A DNA stretch of 64,000 nucleotides, from positions 128,001 to 192,000 of the forward strand of contig JAVZHQ010000001.1 in assembly GCA_038998335.1 (NCBI GenBank), in the 5' to 3' direction. Under the pieces are notes generated by a model. It did not search any database. It saw nothing but the letters and a program-made list of their open reading frames with translations, and had not been told where the DNA came from. A program made the translations under genes and the position numbers. Source of the stretch: Candidatus Aenigmatarchaeota archaeon (GTDB lineage Archaea > Aenigmatarchaeota > Aenigmatarchaeia > CG10238-14 > SCSR01). Every line of letters starts with the position of its first letter. Positions within the stretch are counted from its first letter, which is position 1. Shown one piece after another: positions 28,135 to 37,577 of the stretch.

Positions 28135-28965
28135 CTAAAACTTATAACCCAAACTTTCAAATACTTTTTTCATCTTTAAGCTGTCTTGCTCCAATACGGG
28201 CGATTCAGAAATTATGGTAACGTTTAGCTTTCTTTTCAAAATCTCTTTTGCTAAAGGCTCAAAAGGTGGTGAATTATCCATAGGAACATGCTCTTTCTCG
28301 TTACCAAAACCTGTTGCTTTTACAGGAGTGAACTTTATGCCAGAAAAATGCATGTGCAAGTGCTTAAGTTTTAGTTCTTCTATTTCATCAAAAATTCTCT
28401 TGTAATCTATTTTTCCGCAATTTCTCGCAAATATATGAGCAGGATCTAAAGCTAAAGTGAAACCTTTAACTCTTTTGCTCAACTTAATCAATTCTTCCAA
28501 AGTTCCAAACTGACTTACTTTTCCTGTAGTTTCTCCTGCAAGCAAAACTTTTTTTATTCCTTTTTCTTTTGCTTTTTCCAAAATATCTTTAACTTCTCTT
28601 TCTACTATTTCAAAAGCCTTTTCCTTTTCTAAACCAGAATAATAAGCTAGGTGAGCAACCACAACCTCAGCTTTAAGCCTTTCAGCCCTATCCATGGAAT
28701 CAAGAATAAATTTTTTGCTCGCTTCTACAGTTTGTTTTTTTGCTGAGCAAAGGTTTAGAAAATAAGGAGCATGAACAGAAAGCTTTATTCCTAAACTTTC
28801 TGCTAATTTTCCAGCTTCTTCTGCAGCCTTCTCGCTCAAATAAACGTTTCTAACAAACTCAATTTCCATAGCGTTAAGCTTAAGCTCAGAAACAGTTCTA
28901 ATTCCTCCTAGTGTGCTTCTATCTTTCGCTACTGTAGGAATTCCAGCAGGTCCAAGCCAAATCAT
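28135..28965 (-). CDS. nfo: Endonuclease IV (AP endonuclease 2 family)
   Basis: SVHAPYFLN, ETTGK.SQFG, DPAH, HMHFSG. Confidence 0.88.
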   Translation of the reverse strand: MIWLGPAGIPTVAKDRSTLGGIRTVSELKLNAMEIEFVRNVYLSEKAAEEAGKLAESLGIKLSVHAPYFLNLCSAKKQTVEASKKFILDSMDRAERLKAEVVVAHLAYYSGLEKEKAFEIVEREVKDILEKAKEKGIKKVLLAGETTGKVSQFGTLEELIKLSKRVKGFTLALDPAHIFARNCGKIDYKRIFDEIEELKLKHLHMHFSGIKFTPVKATGFGNEKEHVPMDNSPPFEPLAKEILKRKLNVTIISESPVLEQDSLKMKKVFESLGYKF

Positions 28966-29003
28966 ACTAATTTATTTTCAAGTTTTAAAAGAATTAATTT
29001 TTG

Positions 29004-29168
29004 CTAAATTGGAAAAACAATCCTGAGAATTATTTCCATAAGAATTATAGCAATAACTATGTAAACAACATGCTCTGGCTTAATCTTTATAACTTCCTTT
29101 TCCTCTTCACTATATCTCAACAACCCTCCTGCTCCCATGGGCATGTAAAGTTTTTCTCTTCTTGCCAT
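29004..29168 (-). CDS. Preprotein translocase Sec61beta
   Basis: MPMGAGGLLRY..E...IKIKPEHV plus one TM. Confidence 0.88.
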   Translation of the reverse strand: MARREKLYMPMGAGGLLRYSEEEKEVIKIKPEHVVYIVIAIILMEIILRIVFPI

Positions 29169-29287
29169 AGCACCACTAGTTTGGATAATAGTAAAGGTTT
29201 TCTTCTTCAATAAAATTTTGTATGAACTCTTCAGAAATTTTCATGAATTTTATAAACTCAAGCTCGTTCAACTTTTTTCTTTTCATA

Positions 29288-29944
29288 CTAAAAAATTAAG
29301 CGTTGGAAATATATATAAAGATGTTGAGGCGAAGTTATAACACCAAAGTACGGGTTTGCTGCTCTTAATCTTGCTATAACTCTTAAATCACGTTCACAAC
29401 AAAAACCCAAGGTTAACATGCCAGCCCTTTTTCCAGCGATAATATCTTCCTTGCTGTTTCCCACGTAAAGACATTTTTTTGTTTCTAAATTTAAATCTCT
29501 TGCCAAGCAAATCAAAGCATCAGGCTCAGGTTTTGGTCTTAAGTTTCTTTCCTCTATTTCATCCCAAGTTATCATTCCGTCTATATACTCTACAATTTTA
29601 TTCTTTCTGGCTATTTCTTCAACAACACTTCTTGGAGAATGGGTTACTATACCTTGAATTTTTCCATGCTTTTTATTGTACTTCAGAACTTTTTTCACTT
29701 CTGGTATGACTTTTATTTTATCAGTTTTATTTTTGTAAGCTTCTTCTGCTTTTTCTGGCTCTATTTTTTGCCTTCTCAAAAATTTTTTCCAGTCGTAGTG
29801 TAAGCGTTGCAACATTCTGTAACTTAAGCTAGGTTTTATTCCCATTTCTTTACAAATCTCGTAATAAGTTTCTCTTATAAACTTATCTGATTTAACTATG
29901 GTTCCGTCAAAATCGTAAAGTATTCCCGTTATCAAAAGACTCAT
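29288..29944 (-). CDS. HAD-family hydrolase
   Basis: YDFDGT, KPEP, YVGNS..D...G..AG. Confidence 0.88.
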   Translation of the reverse strand: MSLLITGILYDFDGTIVKSDKFIRETYYEICKEMGIKPSLSYRMLQRLHYDWKKFLRRQKIEPEKAEEAYKNKTDKIKVIPEVKKVLKYNKKHGKIQGIVTHSPRSVVEEIARKNKIVEYIDGMITWDEIEERNLRPKPEPDALICLARDLNLETKKCLYVGNSKEDIIAGKRAGMLTLGFCCERDLRVIARLRAANPYFGVITSPQHLYIYFQRLIF

Positions 29945-30033
29945 TAAAATGAGTAGGAAAAATGAGTTTAAAAAGGTTTTTTTAAGGAATTTAAAAATTT
30001 TAAGCTTTCTTCCTTTTAAAATTGAAAAAAGGA

Positions 30034-30293
30034 AGGCGTGCTAGCCATAGCCCCTCTTATGTTTTGGTAGCATTTGTCTAAGCGTTTCAAACTTGCATCC
30101 CAGGCCTACCAGACCGTTTCATCCTTTTAGCCTCAACTCAGCTTTCGCATCATGGTTAGCGAAGCTAAAAGGTCTCGTTTCTGATTCTGGTAGAGGCTTC
30201 TCAGCCTGCTGCTTAAGCAGCACCTTAAGGGATGGAGGGAACTTCCTCAGCTTTGCTTTGATGCAAAGCCGAAGCTACCTGGCTAGCTCGCCT
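30034..30293 (-). ncRNA. rnpB: RNase P RNA
   Basis: GC-rich island; P1 GGCGAGCTAGCCA/TGGCTAGCACGCC, P2 GGTAGC/GCTACC, CR-I GAGGAAGTTCCCTC, P5 CATCCC/GGGATG, CR-V AACATAAGAGGGGCTA. Confidence 0.9.
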
Positions 30294-30371
30294 ATATTTT
30301 TATTACCCCAACAACTTATAAATTTTTCTTTTAGTTTTAAAAATAAGAGAAAGGAAAAAGAAATTAATATT

Positions 30372-31085
30372 ATGGCAGAAAGAGTTTCCTCAGGAATTAA
30401 AGGTTTAGACGAGCTTATAGGTGGAGGCTTTATTCGCTCTTCTTCTATAATGGTTAGTGGAAAAACAGGAAGTGGAAAAACTCTTTTTTCAGTTCAGTTT
30501 TTGTACGATGGCTTGCTTAAAAACGAGCCTGCAGTTTATGTAACTTTTGAGGAAAGAGTAGAAGATATAAAAAAGGATATAGAAGAAACTTTCGGCTGGG
30601 ATTTGGAACCTTTTGAAAAAAAGAACAAGCTTCTATGGCTTCCTTTAAGAATAAAAAGGGTTTGGCATCCTGTTGAGAAAAAAGAAGTTCTTTCCATGGG
30701 GTTTTACCAGATAGTTCAAAAAATTCTTGAGGCTGTTGATAAGATAAAAGCAAAAAGGCTTGTTATAGATTCGATTTCAGCAATAGAGATGATGTTTAAA
30801 GATAAGTACATGATACGCTCAGAAGTTGTTTCGCTGGTAGATGCTTTAAAAGAAAAAGGCGTTACAACAATTTTCATCTCAGAAGTTCCAGAATCTGAAA
30901 TGGGAGTTAGTAGATTACAATTTCTAGAGTTTGTTGTCGACACAATAATCAAGCTTGATTTTGTTTACATAGCAAAAGAATATCAAAGAACTTTAACTGT
31001 GAGAAAAATGAGAAGAAGTAAGCATTCAACTTTGATTCACCCTTTTGTTATAAAAGAAAATGGAATAGAAGTTTTAAGAGTTTAA
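30372..31085 (+). CDS. KaiC/RAD55-family ATPase
   Basis: SSGIKGLD, GKTGSGKT, VIDS, VRKMR; start MAERV at 30372. Confidence 0.9.
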   Translation: MAERVSSGIKGLDELIGGGFIRSSSIMVSGKTGSGKTLFSVQFLYDGLLKNEPAVYVTFEERVEDIKKDIEETFGWDLEPFEKKNKLLWLPLRIKRVWHPVEKKEVLSMGFYQIVQKILEAVDKIKAKRLVIDSISAIEMMFKDKYMIRSEVVSLVDALKEKGVTTIFISEVPESEMGVSRLQFLEFVVDTIIKLDFVYIAKEYQRTLTVRKMRRSKHSTLIHPFVIKENGIEVLRV

Positions 31086-31672
31086 GCTTTAGCGAAATCT
31101 TCAACTTTAAAGTTAAACTCAGCGTCTGACTTTATCTCTTTTCTTTCTTTCAATATTTCTCTCGCTAAAAGCCAAAGAATAGTTGCTAAGGCTTTCTTTC
31201 CTTTGTTGTTAGCAGGAACAATTAAATCAATATTTTTTGTTTCGTTTATCGTATCGCAAAGGGCAACTACAGGAATTCTTGCTTTTACTGCTTCCTTCAA
31301 AGCCTGATAATCTATTAAAGGATCAAAAATGAAAACAACTTCTGCCTCATAGTATTCTTTGTAAGAAGGGTTTGTTAGAGTTCCTGGCATAAACCTTCCA
31401 AGAATAACTTTTGCTCCTATAACCTCAGCAAATCTTTTTATTCCTTCTTGAACAGAAGACTTTCTGCTTACTATTAGAATTTTTTTATGTCTTGCTAAGA
31501 ATTTTGCAGCAACCCTTATTCTCTCATCAATTTTTTTCAAGTTTAAAATACAAAGTCCATCTTCCCTTACTTTGTAGATAAACTCCTTCATATCCTTAGT
31601 TTTTTGCTTCATTCCTATGTGAATTCCAGATGCCAAATACTGCTGCCTAGGAATTAATAGTTTGCTTACCAT
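31082..31672 (-). CDS. rps2: 30S ribosomal protein S2 (uS2)
   Basis: YLASGIHIG, GRFMPGTLTNP, PANNKG. Confidence 0.95.
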   Translation of the reverse strand: MVSKLLIPRQQYLASGIHIGMKQKTKDMKEFIYKVREDGLCILNLKKIDERIRVAAKFLARHKKILIVSRKSSVQEGIKRFAEVIGAKVILGRFMPGTLTNPSYKEYYEAEVVFIFDPLIDYQALKEAVKARIPVVALCDTINETKNIDLIVPANNKGKKALATILWLLAREILKERKEIKSDAEFNFKVEDFAKA

Positions 31673-31676
31673 TCTC

Positions 31677-32471
31677 TTAACCTATGTAGCTAAGCTTTTC
31701 TTCTTTTCCTGGTTTTTCCACAGATTTAAGCAATTGTCCTAAAGCTCTTTTTTGCACGTCTTCAACTTTTTTTATAAAATCTTCCATCTCTTTTACTTTT
31801 TTCTCTATTTTACTTGTGTCTATCTTAACGTTAAGTATTTTTACCACAACTTTAAGCAAGGCTTCTGCACTTTTTTGGTCTGGTATTATAGGAAAGCCTA
31901 CAGTTTCACCAAGCAGACAAACTCCTTTCATCCCTCTTACTTTTCCTAAACCTATTATCAAACCAGAAGCTCCAACTATTGTCCCAACTCTACTTCCTGC
32001 CTCAAAATCTATCCCATACTTTTGATATTTTTTGATCATTTCTTCATCGCTTACTGCTCCTACAACCTTTGGTTTTTCTACCATTTCTCCTATACTTAAG
32101 CCTGCTAAGGTTATTATCTCCTTTACCCCAAACTTTTCCACATAATCTAAAATAGTGTTAACTATTTCATAATGTCCTTCTGGGTCAACACTTTGGCTAT
32201 CTCCTATTAAAATTATCAAGTCTCTCTGGTTTCTTTCCTTAGCTTTCCAGTAGTAAAATTCATTTTTAAGAACATGTACTGCAGAGCTTTGATGTAGCAA
32301 AACAAAAGGCATAAAATGTGAAGAATAAAGTTCTGCAAACTTTTTTGCTTTAAGCTCTTCTACTAAGTAGCCTGCAGCGATTCTTCCAACATTACCTACT
32401 CCTGGCAAACCTTCTATGAATAAAGGATCTTTCAGCTTTGGCTTTTCAAGTTCTTTTATCCAAGTCGTCAT
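31677..32471 (-). CDS. Proteasome assembly chaperone (PAC2 family)
   Basis: EGLPGVGNVG, CLLGET; usual aIF2alpha-nop10 context. Confidence 0.9.
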   Translation of the reverse strand: MTTWIKELEKPKLKDPLFIEGLPGVGNVGRIAAGYLVEELKAKKFAELYSSHFMPFVLLHQSSAVHVLKNEFYYWKAKERNQRDLIILIGDSQSVDPEGHYEIVNTILDYVEKFGVKEIITLAGLSIGEMVEKPKVVGAVSDEEMIKKYQKYGIDFEAGSRVGTIVGASGLIIGLGKVRGMKGVCLLGETVGFPIIPDQKSAEALLKVVVKILNVKIDTSKIEKKVKEMEDFIKKVEDVQKRALGQLLKSVEKPGKEEKLSYIG

Positions 32472-32505
32472 AATATCATATTTTCTTTTAGCAAATATAT
32501 TTAAA

Positions 32506-32655
32506 TCATTTCTCTTTTAACCTTCTTCTGTACTTTCCATACTTATCCGTAGGCGAATAAGGCGGTGGTAAAGGTAGTACAGTTTTTTTGTTACACTTTG
32601 GGCAATTCTCCTTAAAAGTATAAATTTTGCAGGAATTACACCTTCTCATTTTCAT
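32506..32655 (-). CDS. nop10: H/ACA RNP protein Nop10 (not in ORF track)
   Basis: MKMRRCNSCKIYTFKENCPKC...PPPYSPTDKYGKYRR, 49 aa. Confidence 0.93.
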   Translation of the reverse strand: MKMRRCNSCKIYTFKENCPKCNKKTVLPLPPPYSPTDKYGKYRRRLKEK

Positions 32656-33422
32656 TTTATTAACCTGTAACTTCCTTCTCCCTTTGCTTCCTTGATTTCT
32701 TTTAAAGTTTTTTCTAAGTTTTCAATAAGTTTTTTCTCCATAGCCTTGGGGTTTTTCCCTTCTATTTCAACTCTGTAACGAGGAGCACTTATGTACTTAA
32801 CTTTTATTCCATTTTTTTCCAAATTCAAAAGGATCTCTTTAATTTTTTTAATTCCTTCACTGTCATAACTTTTTAACTCTAGCTCAGCTTTTATCTTAAC
32901 TTCCTTTTCCTTAAAACTTTTTTCTAGAGCTTCAAGCAAAGCTTTTGCCCATTTTTCTGGTATACCTTTTTTGACAAGAATTTCGGGTGATTTCCTTGCC
33001 TCTTCAAAAGCAGCATAAAGCTCGCCGAACTTTTCTTGGAGCAAAAACCCAACTTCTTCATAAGCTTGATCTAAGGTTTTACCAAATTCCTTAGCAACTT
33101 GTTCTAAAATTTTTTCTGCTCTCTGCTCTTTTTTATAAGCATTCATCTTTTCCTTCTTTTCTTCTTCGCTAACTCTTTTCAAGCTTAGGTTTACAAATTT
33201 TTTCTGGTAATCTATTTTCACAACTTTTGCAACATATTGCTTATTAACTTTAACAAACTCTCTAATGTCATGAACCCATTTTCCACTAACTTCAGAAACA
33301 TGAATCATCCCTTCAGCTTCAGGGTATTCTTCAAGCTTACACCAAGCAGCATAAGGTGAAATCCTTTGAACAGTACATAAAACAAGTTCTCCCCATTCAG
33401 GCAAACCTTTTCTTCTTGGCAA
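32652..33422 (-). CDS. eif2a: Translation initiation factor aIF-2 alpha
   Basis: S1 domain PEWGELV...GMIHVSEVS...LSLKRV; ISAPRY. Confidence 0.95.
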   Translation of the reverse strand: MPRRKGLPEWGELVLCTVQRISPYAAWCKLEEYPEAEGMIHVSEVSGKWVHDIREFVKVNKQYVAKVVKIDYQKKFVNLSLKRVSEEEKKEKMNAYKKEQRAEKILEQVAKEFGKTLDQAYEEVGFLLQEKFGELYAAFEEARKSPEILVKKGIPEKWAKALLEALEKSFKEKEVKIKAELELKSYDSEGIKKIKEILLNLEKNGIKVKYISAPRYRVEIEGKNPKAMEKKLIENLEKTLKEIKEAKGEGSYRLIK

Positions 33423-33480
33423 TTTTTCACCTCTCTAATAAATTAGTAAATAAATAATTTAACTTTCAGCATGCTTTTTT

Positions 33481-33496
33481 TGTTAGACGTTTAACA
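33481..33496. repeat. Palindrome copy 7 (TGTTAGACGTTTAACA, one mismatch)
   Basis: Between the tRNA-Leu 3' end and the aIF2alpha start. Confidence 0.85.
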
Positions 33497-33538
33497 TTAA
33501 AAATCTCAACACTGTCTCTAAATAAGAATGCAGGGTAG

Positions 33539-33624
33539 TGCAGGGGCTGGGATTTGAACCCAGGAAGGCACTAAGCCACAGGGTTCTAAGCCCTGCGCCT
33601 TTGACCAGACTTGGCTACCCCTGC
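33539..33624 (-). tRNA. tRNA-Leu(TAG)
   Basis: Cloverleaf; CAGGG-CT-TAG-AA-CCCTG; long variable arm. Confidence 0.95.
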
Positions 33625-33680
33625 CTAATTTAAAATTCAAATCAAAATTAATAAATTGTTTTATTCTTTAAAATAATTTT

Positions 33681-34484
33681 ATGAAAAAAAGTTCAACTCT
33701 TCCTAAAAAAATTGATGTTGTCATGCTAACAAAAAACAGTGAAGAAATACTAGAGAAATGCCTTGATTCACTTTACAAGAACGTTCCAGTTAAAAGGTTA
33801 ATAATTGTCGACGGTTTTTCGCAGGATAGAACAATAGATATATTGGAAAATTACAACAAAGAGTATTCCAATATTAAAATAATCCAAGATTCTGGAACAA
33901 GAGCAACAGCAAGACAAAAAGGAATAAAGGCAGTTAAAACCAAATGGTTCATGTTTTTAGATAGCGATATAATTCTTTGCAAGGATTGGTTCAAAAAAGC
34001 TTCTAATTATATTAAAGAAAATGTTGGCATGATTTGGGGAGTTAATATAGATGTAGTTCCTGGTTTAAAGAGCGAGTTATTTTTTAGAGCTTTCAAGAAA
34101 TTTTCGGTAGGATACTTTAAAATCCGAGGCGGACTTCATGATACCCTTCTCCTTTTAGATGCTGTTAAAGATATAAAAATACCATCTTCTCTTCATTGTT
34201 ATGAGGATTATTATATAATGCAATTTGTTATTAACAAAGGCTATACTGTTGCAATTCCTGATGGTCTATACTGCTTTCATCTTAGACCTACGATTGACTG
34301 GGAATTGAGAGAAGGTTTAAAGTTAGCCTTTGAGGAAATAAAGTATGGGTTGTTTAAGTGTCACAGGTTTAAGTGTGTTTTTTACTATCCCTTTCTTCTC
34401 TTTTATTGGGTTTTACAAAAAATTAAAAGAAGAAAATCTTCTTCAAAAGGATTTTCCCTTAGCTATATGAACGCCAAACCCTAG
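33681..34484 (+). CDS. Glycosyltransferase family 2
   Basis: VVMLTKN, IVDGFSQD, FLDSD, ED. Confidence 0.88.
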   Translation: MKKSSTLPKKIDVVMLTKNSEEILEKCLDSLYKNVPVKRLIIVDGFSQDRTIDILENYNKEYSNIKIIQDSGTRATARQKGIKAVKTKWFMFLDSDIILCKDWFKKASNYIKENVGMIWGVNIDVVPGLKSELFFRAFKKFSVGYFKIRGGLHDTLLLLDAVKDIKIPSSLHCYEDYYIMQFVINKGYTVAIPDGLYCFHLRPTIDWELREGLKLAFEEIKYGLFKCHRFKCVFYYPFLLFYWVLQKIKRRKSSSKGFSLSYMNAKP

Positions 34485-35027
34485 AGCCCATATTAAAATA
34501 GGATAAGCTATCATTCTCTCCATCCCACCTTTTCCCAAACCAAGATCAGCTCCTAAACCAAAAAGAATTAAAGAAAGAAGAGAGATTATACCGAGAAATA
34601 AAAATAGAATAGAAAAAAACGATTTATGGATTTTGTAAGAGAAAACAGAAGCTAAGGCTCCAAAGAAAAAAGTAATGAAAGAAAAAATAACGTGCAATAA
34701 GCCAAAGTCTTCAGTAAAAATTCCAACTCCCATAGCTCCAATTCCCGCTAAAACTAAGCAAAACAGAAAATCTTTTGGTTCTTTTTCAATCAAAAGAAAA
34801 TAAGCAGAAATTAAAGTTAACAAACCAAGAAGAAAAACGGAAAAGTTAAAAATGAAAGCAGAAGGACCAACACCTAAATCACTGATATAATTGGAAGAAA
34901 CGCTATAGTTAGGATATAAAGCTTCTGCAATCTTGAGAGCTAGAATGAATTGCGCGCTTGCTACAAAAATTAAAAAGCCAGCTATCTTTCTTTTGTTTTT
35001 CTTCATTAAATAGAATTTCATTTTCAT
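34443..35027 (-). CDS. DUF998-like membrane protein
   Basis: YPNYS...NYISDLG, GVGIF, GGMER. Confidence 0.75.
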   Translation of the reverse strand: MKMKFYLMKKNKRKIAGFLIFVASAQFILALKIAEALYPNYSVSSNYISDLGVGPSAFIFNFSVFLLGLLTLISAYFLLIEKEPKDFLFCLVLAGIGAMGVGIFTEDFGLLHVIFSFITFFFGALASVFSYKIHKSFFSILFLFLGIISLLSLILFGLGADLGLGKGGMERMIAYPILIWALGFGVHIAKGKSF

Positions 35028-35036
35028 TATTTAAAA

Positions 35037-35111
35037 TGCCCCCGCCGGGATTTGAACCCGGGTCTCCGGCTCGAGAGGCCAGTATCCTTGACCGGGCTAG
35101 ACTACAGGGGC
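35037..35111 (-). tRNA. tRNA-Glu(CTC)
   Basis: CTGGC-CT-CTC-GA-GCCGG; GTTCAAATC. Confidence 0.95.
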
Positions 35112-35213
35112 CTTATCTATAATTTAAAAATTTTTTAAATTTTTAAGTTCGCCCCCTTTTATAATTTAACTCAACCACATTAATTTCTTTATCTGTAATT
35201 TATTTATGAGAGT

Positions 35214-36068
35214 ATGGTTGAGCTGAAGAAAAAAGTTTTCAAAACAATTTCAAAATACAAGCTAATCGAGAACGAAGACAAAATTTTTGTTGCTTTAAGT
35301 GGAGGAAAAGACAGTGCTACTGTTTGTTTTCTGCTTTCTGAATACATAAGGGAAAATAAAATAGATTGTGAGGTAAACGCTTTTCATCTAATTCTTGGCG
35401 ATTTCATACCAAAAACTGTTCTTAACACAGTGAAAAAACAGGCAACTATATGCGAGGTTAAACTTAAGGTTTATGATGTTAAAAATTTTGGGATAGATTT
35501 CAAAAAATTAACAAACTTAGAAAGACCAATTTGTAGCTTTTGCGGAATAGTTAAAAGATATCTTATGAACAAAATTCCAAGAGAGGAAGGAGCAACAAAG
35601 CTTTGTACAGGCCATAATGCAGACGATTTCTTGGTTTTCTTCTTTAAAAATATGCTAAGCAAAAACATTTTTTGGATTTCAAAGTTTTTACCTAAGCTTG
35701 AAGGCAAGAATAAGCAATTAACGAGAATAAGACCTTTATTCTTTGTTAGCCAAGAAGAAACAAAAGATTTTTGCAAGAAAGAAGGAATCCCTTTTGTTGA
35801 AGAGGATGTTTGTCCTTATATAATCCTTAAACAAAAAATGGACAGAAAAAGAGAAAAATGGTACAAGCTTATTAAAGAAATTTCAAGGTGGCAACCAAAC
35901 TTTAGAGAAAACTTTTTAGAAAGCGTAATTTCAGTTGCGCAAATTTTAAAAAATAACTTTCCTGTTGAGTTAAAAGAGTGTGAAATCTGCAAAGAACCAA
36001 CAAGCATGAGAATATGTAGCTTTTGCAGGTTGAAAGAAAGAATAAAAAGTGGGCTCGGAGGGATTTGA
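35214..36068 (+). CDS. tRNA 2-thiolation protein (TtuA/Ncs6/TtcA family)
   Basis: PP-loop SGGKDS, CSFC, GHNADD, CPY, C-terminal Zn finger. Confidence 0.88.
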   Translation: MVELKKKVFKTISKYKLIENEDKIFVALSGGKDSATVCFLLSEYIRENKIDCEVNAFHLILGDFIPKTVLNTVKKQATICEVKLKVYDVKNFGIDFKKLTNLERPICSFCGIVKRYLMNKIPREEGATKLCTGHNADDFLVFFFKNMLSKNIFWISKFLPKLEGKNKQLTRIRPLFFVSQEETKDFCKKEGIPFVEEDVCPYIILKQKMDRKREKWYKLIKEISRWQPNFRENFLESVISVAQILKNNFPVELKECEICKEPTSMRICSFCRLKERIKSGLGGI

Positions 36069-36133
36069 ACCCTCACTACTGCGTTTCCTCAAAACCGAAG
36101 CGCAGTCGGCTATCCAGGTTACCGGACGAGCCC
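36050..36133 (-). tRNA. tRNA-Arg(TCG) with a 10-nt intron at 37/38 (36085-36094)
   Basis: CTGCG-CT-TCG-G-[TTTTGAGGAA]-A-CGCAG; acceptor stem GGGCTCG/CGAGCCC. Confidence 0.88.
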
Positions 36134-36168
36134 TTAATTATCAATTTATTTTTGTGATTAAAGAAAAT

Positions 36169-37473
36169 TTAAGGATAAATTCTGTTTATTAACCTTGGAA
36201 AAGGAATAGCATCTCTTATATGCTTAAGCTTGCAAACCCACATTATAAACCTTTCTATTCCTAAGCCAAAACCTGCATGTGGTACTGAGCCGTATCTTCT
36301 TAGATCTATGTACCACTCGTAGGCTTTTGGGTCAAGTTTTTCTTCTTTTATCCTTTGGATCAATTCTTCTAAATCATGAATTCTTTGACCACCTCCAATA
36401 ATTTCTCCATAACCTTCTGGAGCAAGCATGTCTGCACTTAAAGTAACTTCAGGCCTTTTCGGATCAGGTTTATGGTAAAAAGCTTTAACTCCTTTTGGAA
36501 AATGAGTTAAGAAGAAAGGAACGTCAAACTTGCTAGCTAACCTTTTTTCTAGAATCCATGTTATATCATCACCCCACTTAATTTTAACTCCATCCTTTTG
36601 AAGAATTTCTATAGCTTGATCATAAGTTATTCTTGGGAAAGGTGGTTTGATCTTAAGTAAGTCTTGAGGGTCTCTTCCAAGTTTCTTTAGCTCTTCAGGC
36701 ATTTCCTTTGCAAGAGTATGACAAATATGAGTTATAAATTCTTCTTGCATCTTCATAGTTTGCTCTAAGTCACAAAATGGCTCTTCAACTTCAAGATGCC
36801 AAAATTCTGTTAAATGTCTTCTTGTCCTTGACTTTTCAGCTCTGAACGAAGGAGCTATAGTGAAAATTTTTCCTAGGGTTGAAATAGCAGCTTCAGCATA
36901 AAGTTGCCAACTTTGAGTTAGGTAAGCTTTTTTCCCAAAATAATTTACCTCGAACATCGTTGCTCCTCCTTCGCAAGCAGCTCCTGTTAGGCTTGGTGAA
37001 TGAAATTCCTTATAACCATGAGAAAGAAGCCATTCTCTGGCTATTTGTAAAACTTTCGACCTTATCTTAAGAATTGTTTGCATTTTTTCGCTTCTTAACC
37101 ACAAGTGCCTATAATCAAGTAAAAATTCTGGTCCATGATACTTTTTTGCAATGGGAAACCCTTCTAAAGATTTGTGAATAACTTTAATTTTTTCCGCAGT
37201 AATTTCATAACCTCCAGGTGCTCTTGGCTCCTTTTTAGAAATTCCTTCTATTTCAACTACTGATTCCAAAGTTATTTTTTCCAACTCTTCAAAAGTTTTA
37301 TCGTCAAACTTTTCTTTTTTGATAGTGCATTGAATAAATCCAGAACCATCTCTTATTATGTAAAAAATAATTCCTCCAGAGCTTCTTTTACCATAAACCC
37401 AGCCTCTAATCAAAACTTTCCCTTCTCTTCCTTTTTTCAACACTTCTTCTATTTCTGTAAGCATTTCCATCAC
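36169..37473 (-). CDS. asnS: Asparaginyl-tRNA synthetase
   Basis: OB fold, YLTQSWQLY, FRAEKSRTRRHLTEFW, GEIIGGGQR, PHAGFGLGIER. Confidence 0.93.
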   Translation of the reverse strand: MMEMLTEIEEVLKKGREGKVLIRGWVYGKRSSGGIIFYIIRDGSGFIQCTIKKEKFDDKTFEELEKITLESVVEIEGISKKEPRAPGGYEITAEKIKVIHKSLEGFPIAKKYHGPEFLLDYRHLWLRSEKMQTILKIRSKVLQIAREWLLSHGYKEFHSPSLTGAACEGGATMFEVNYFGKKAYLTQSWQLYAEAAISTLGKIFTIAPSFRAEKSRTRRHLTEFWHLEVEEPFCDLEQTMKMQEEFITHICHTLAKEMPEELKKLGRDPQDLLKIKPPFPRITYDQAIEILQKDGVKIKWGDDITWILEKRLASKFDVPFFLTHFPKGVKAFYHKPDPKRPEVTLSADMLAPEGYGEIIGGGQRIHDLEELIQRIKEEKLDPKAYEWYIDLRRYGSVPHAGFGLGIERFIMWVCKLKHIRDAIPFPRLINRIYP

Positions 37474-37505
37474 TTTATTTTTTTAATGTTATAGTTAAAT
37501 TTTTA

Positions 37506-37577
37506 CGCCCTGGGGGAGATTTGAACTCCCGACCTCCTGGTTAACAGCCAGTTGCTCTACCTCTGAGCTACCAGGGC
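37506..37577 (-). tRNA. tRNA-Asn(GTT)
   Basis: CTGG-CT-GTT-AA-CCAG; standard cloverleaf. Confidence 0.95.

Noticed and set aside
30093-30371. N-terminal extension of the KaiC-like ORF
   Set aside because: It overlaps the RNase P RNA; the protein homology starts at ATG 30372.
33529-33546. TGCAGGG duplication at the tRNA-Leu 3' end as an integration scar
   Set aside because: Only 7 bp long, and no integrase is nearby.
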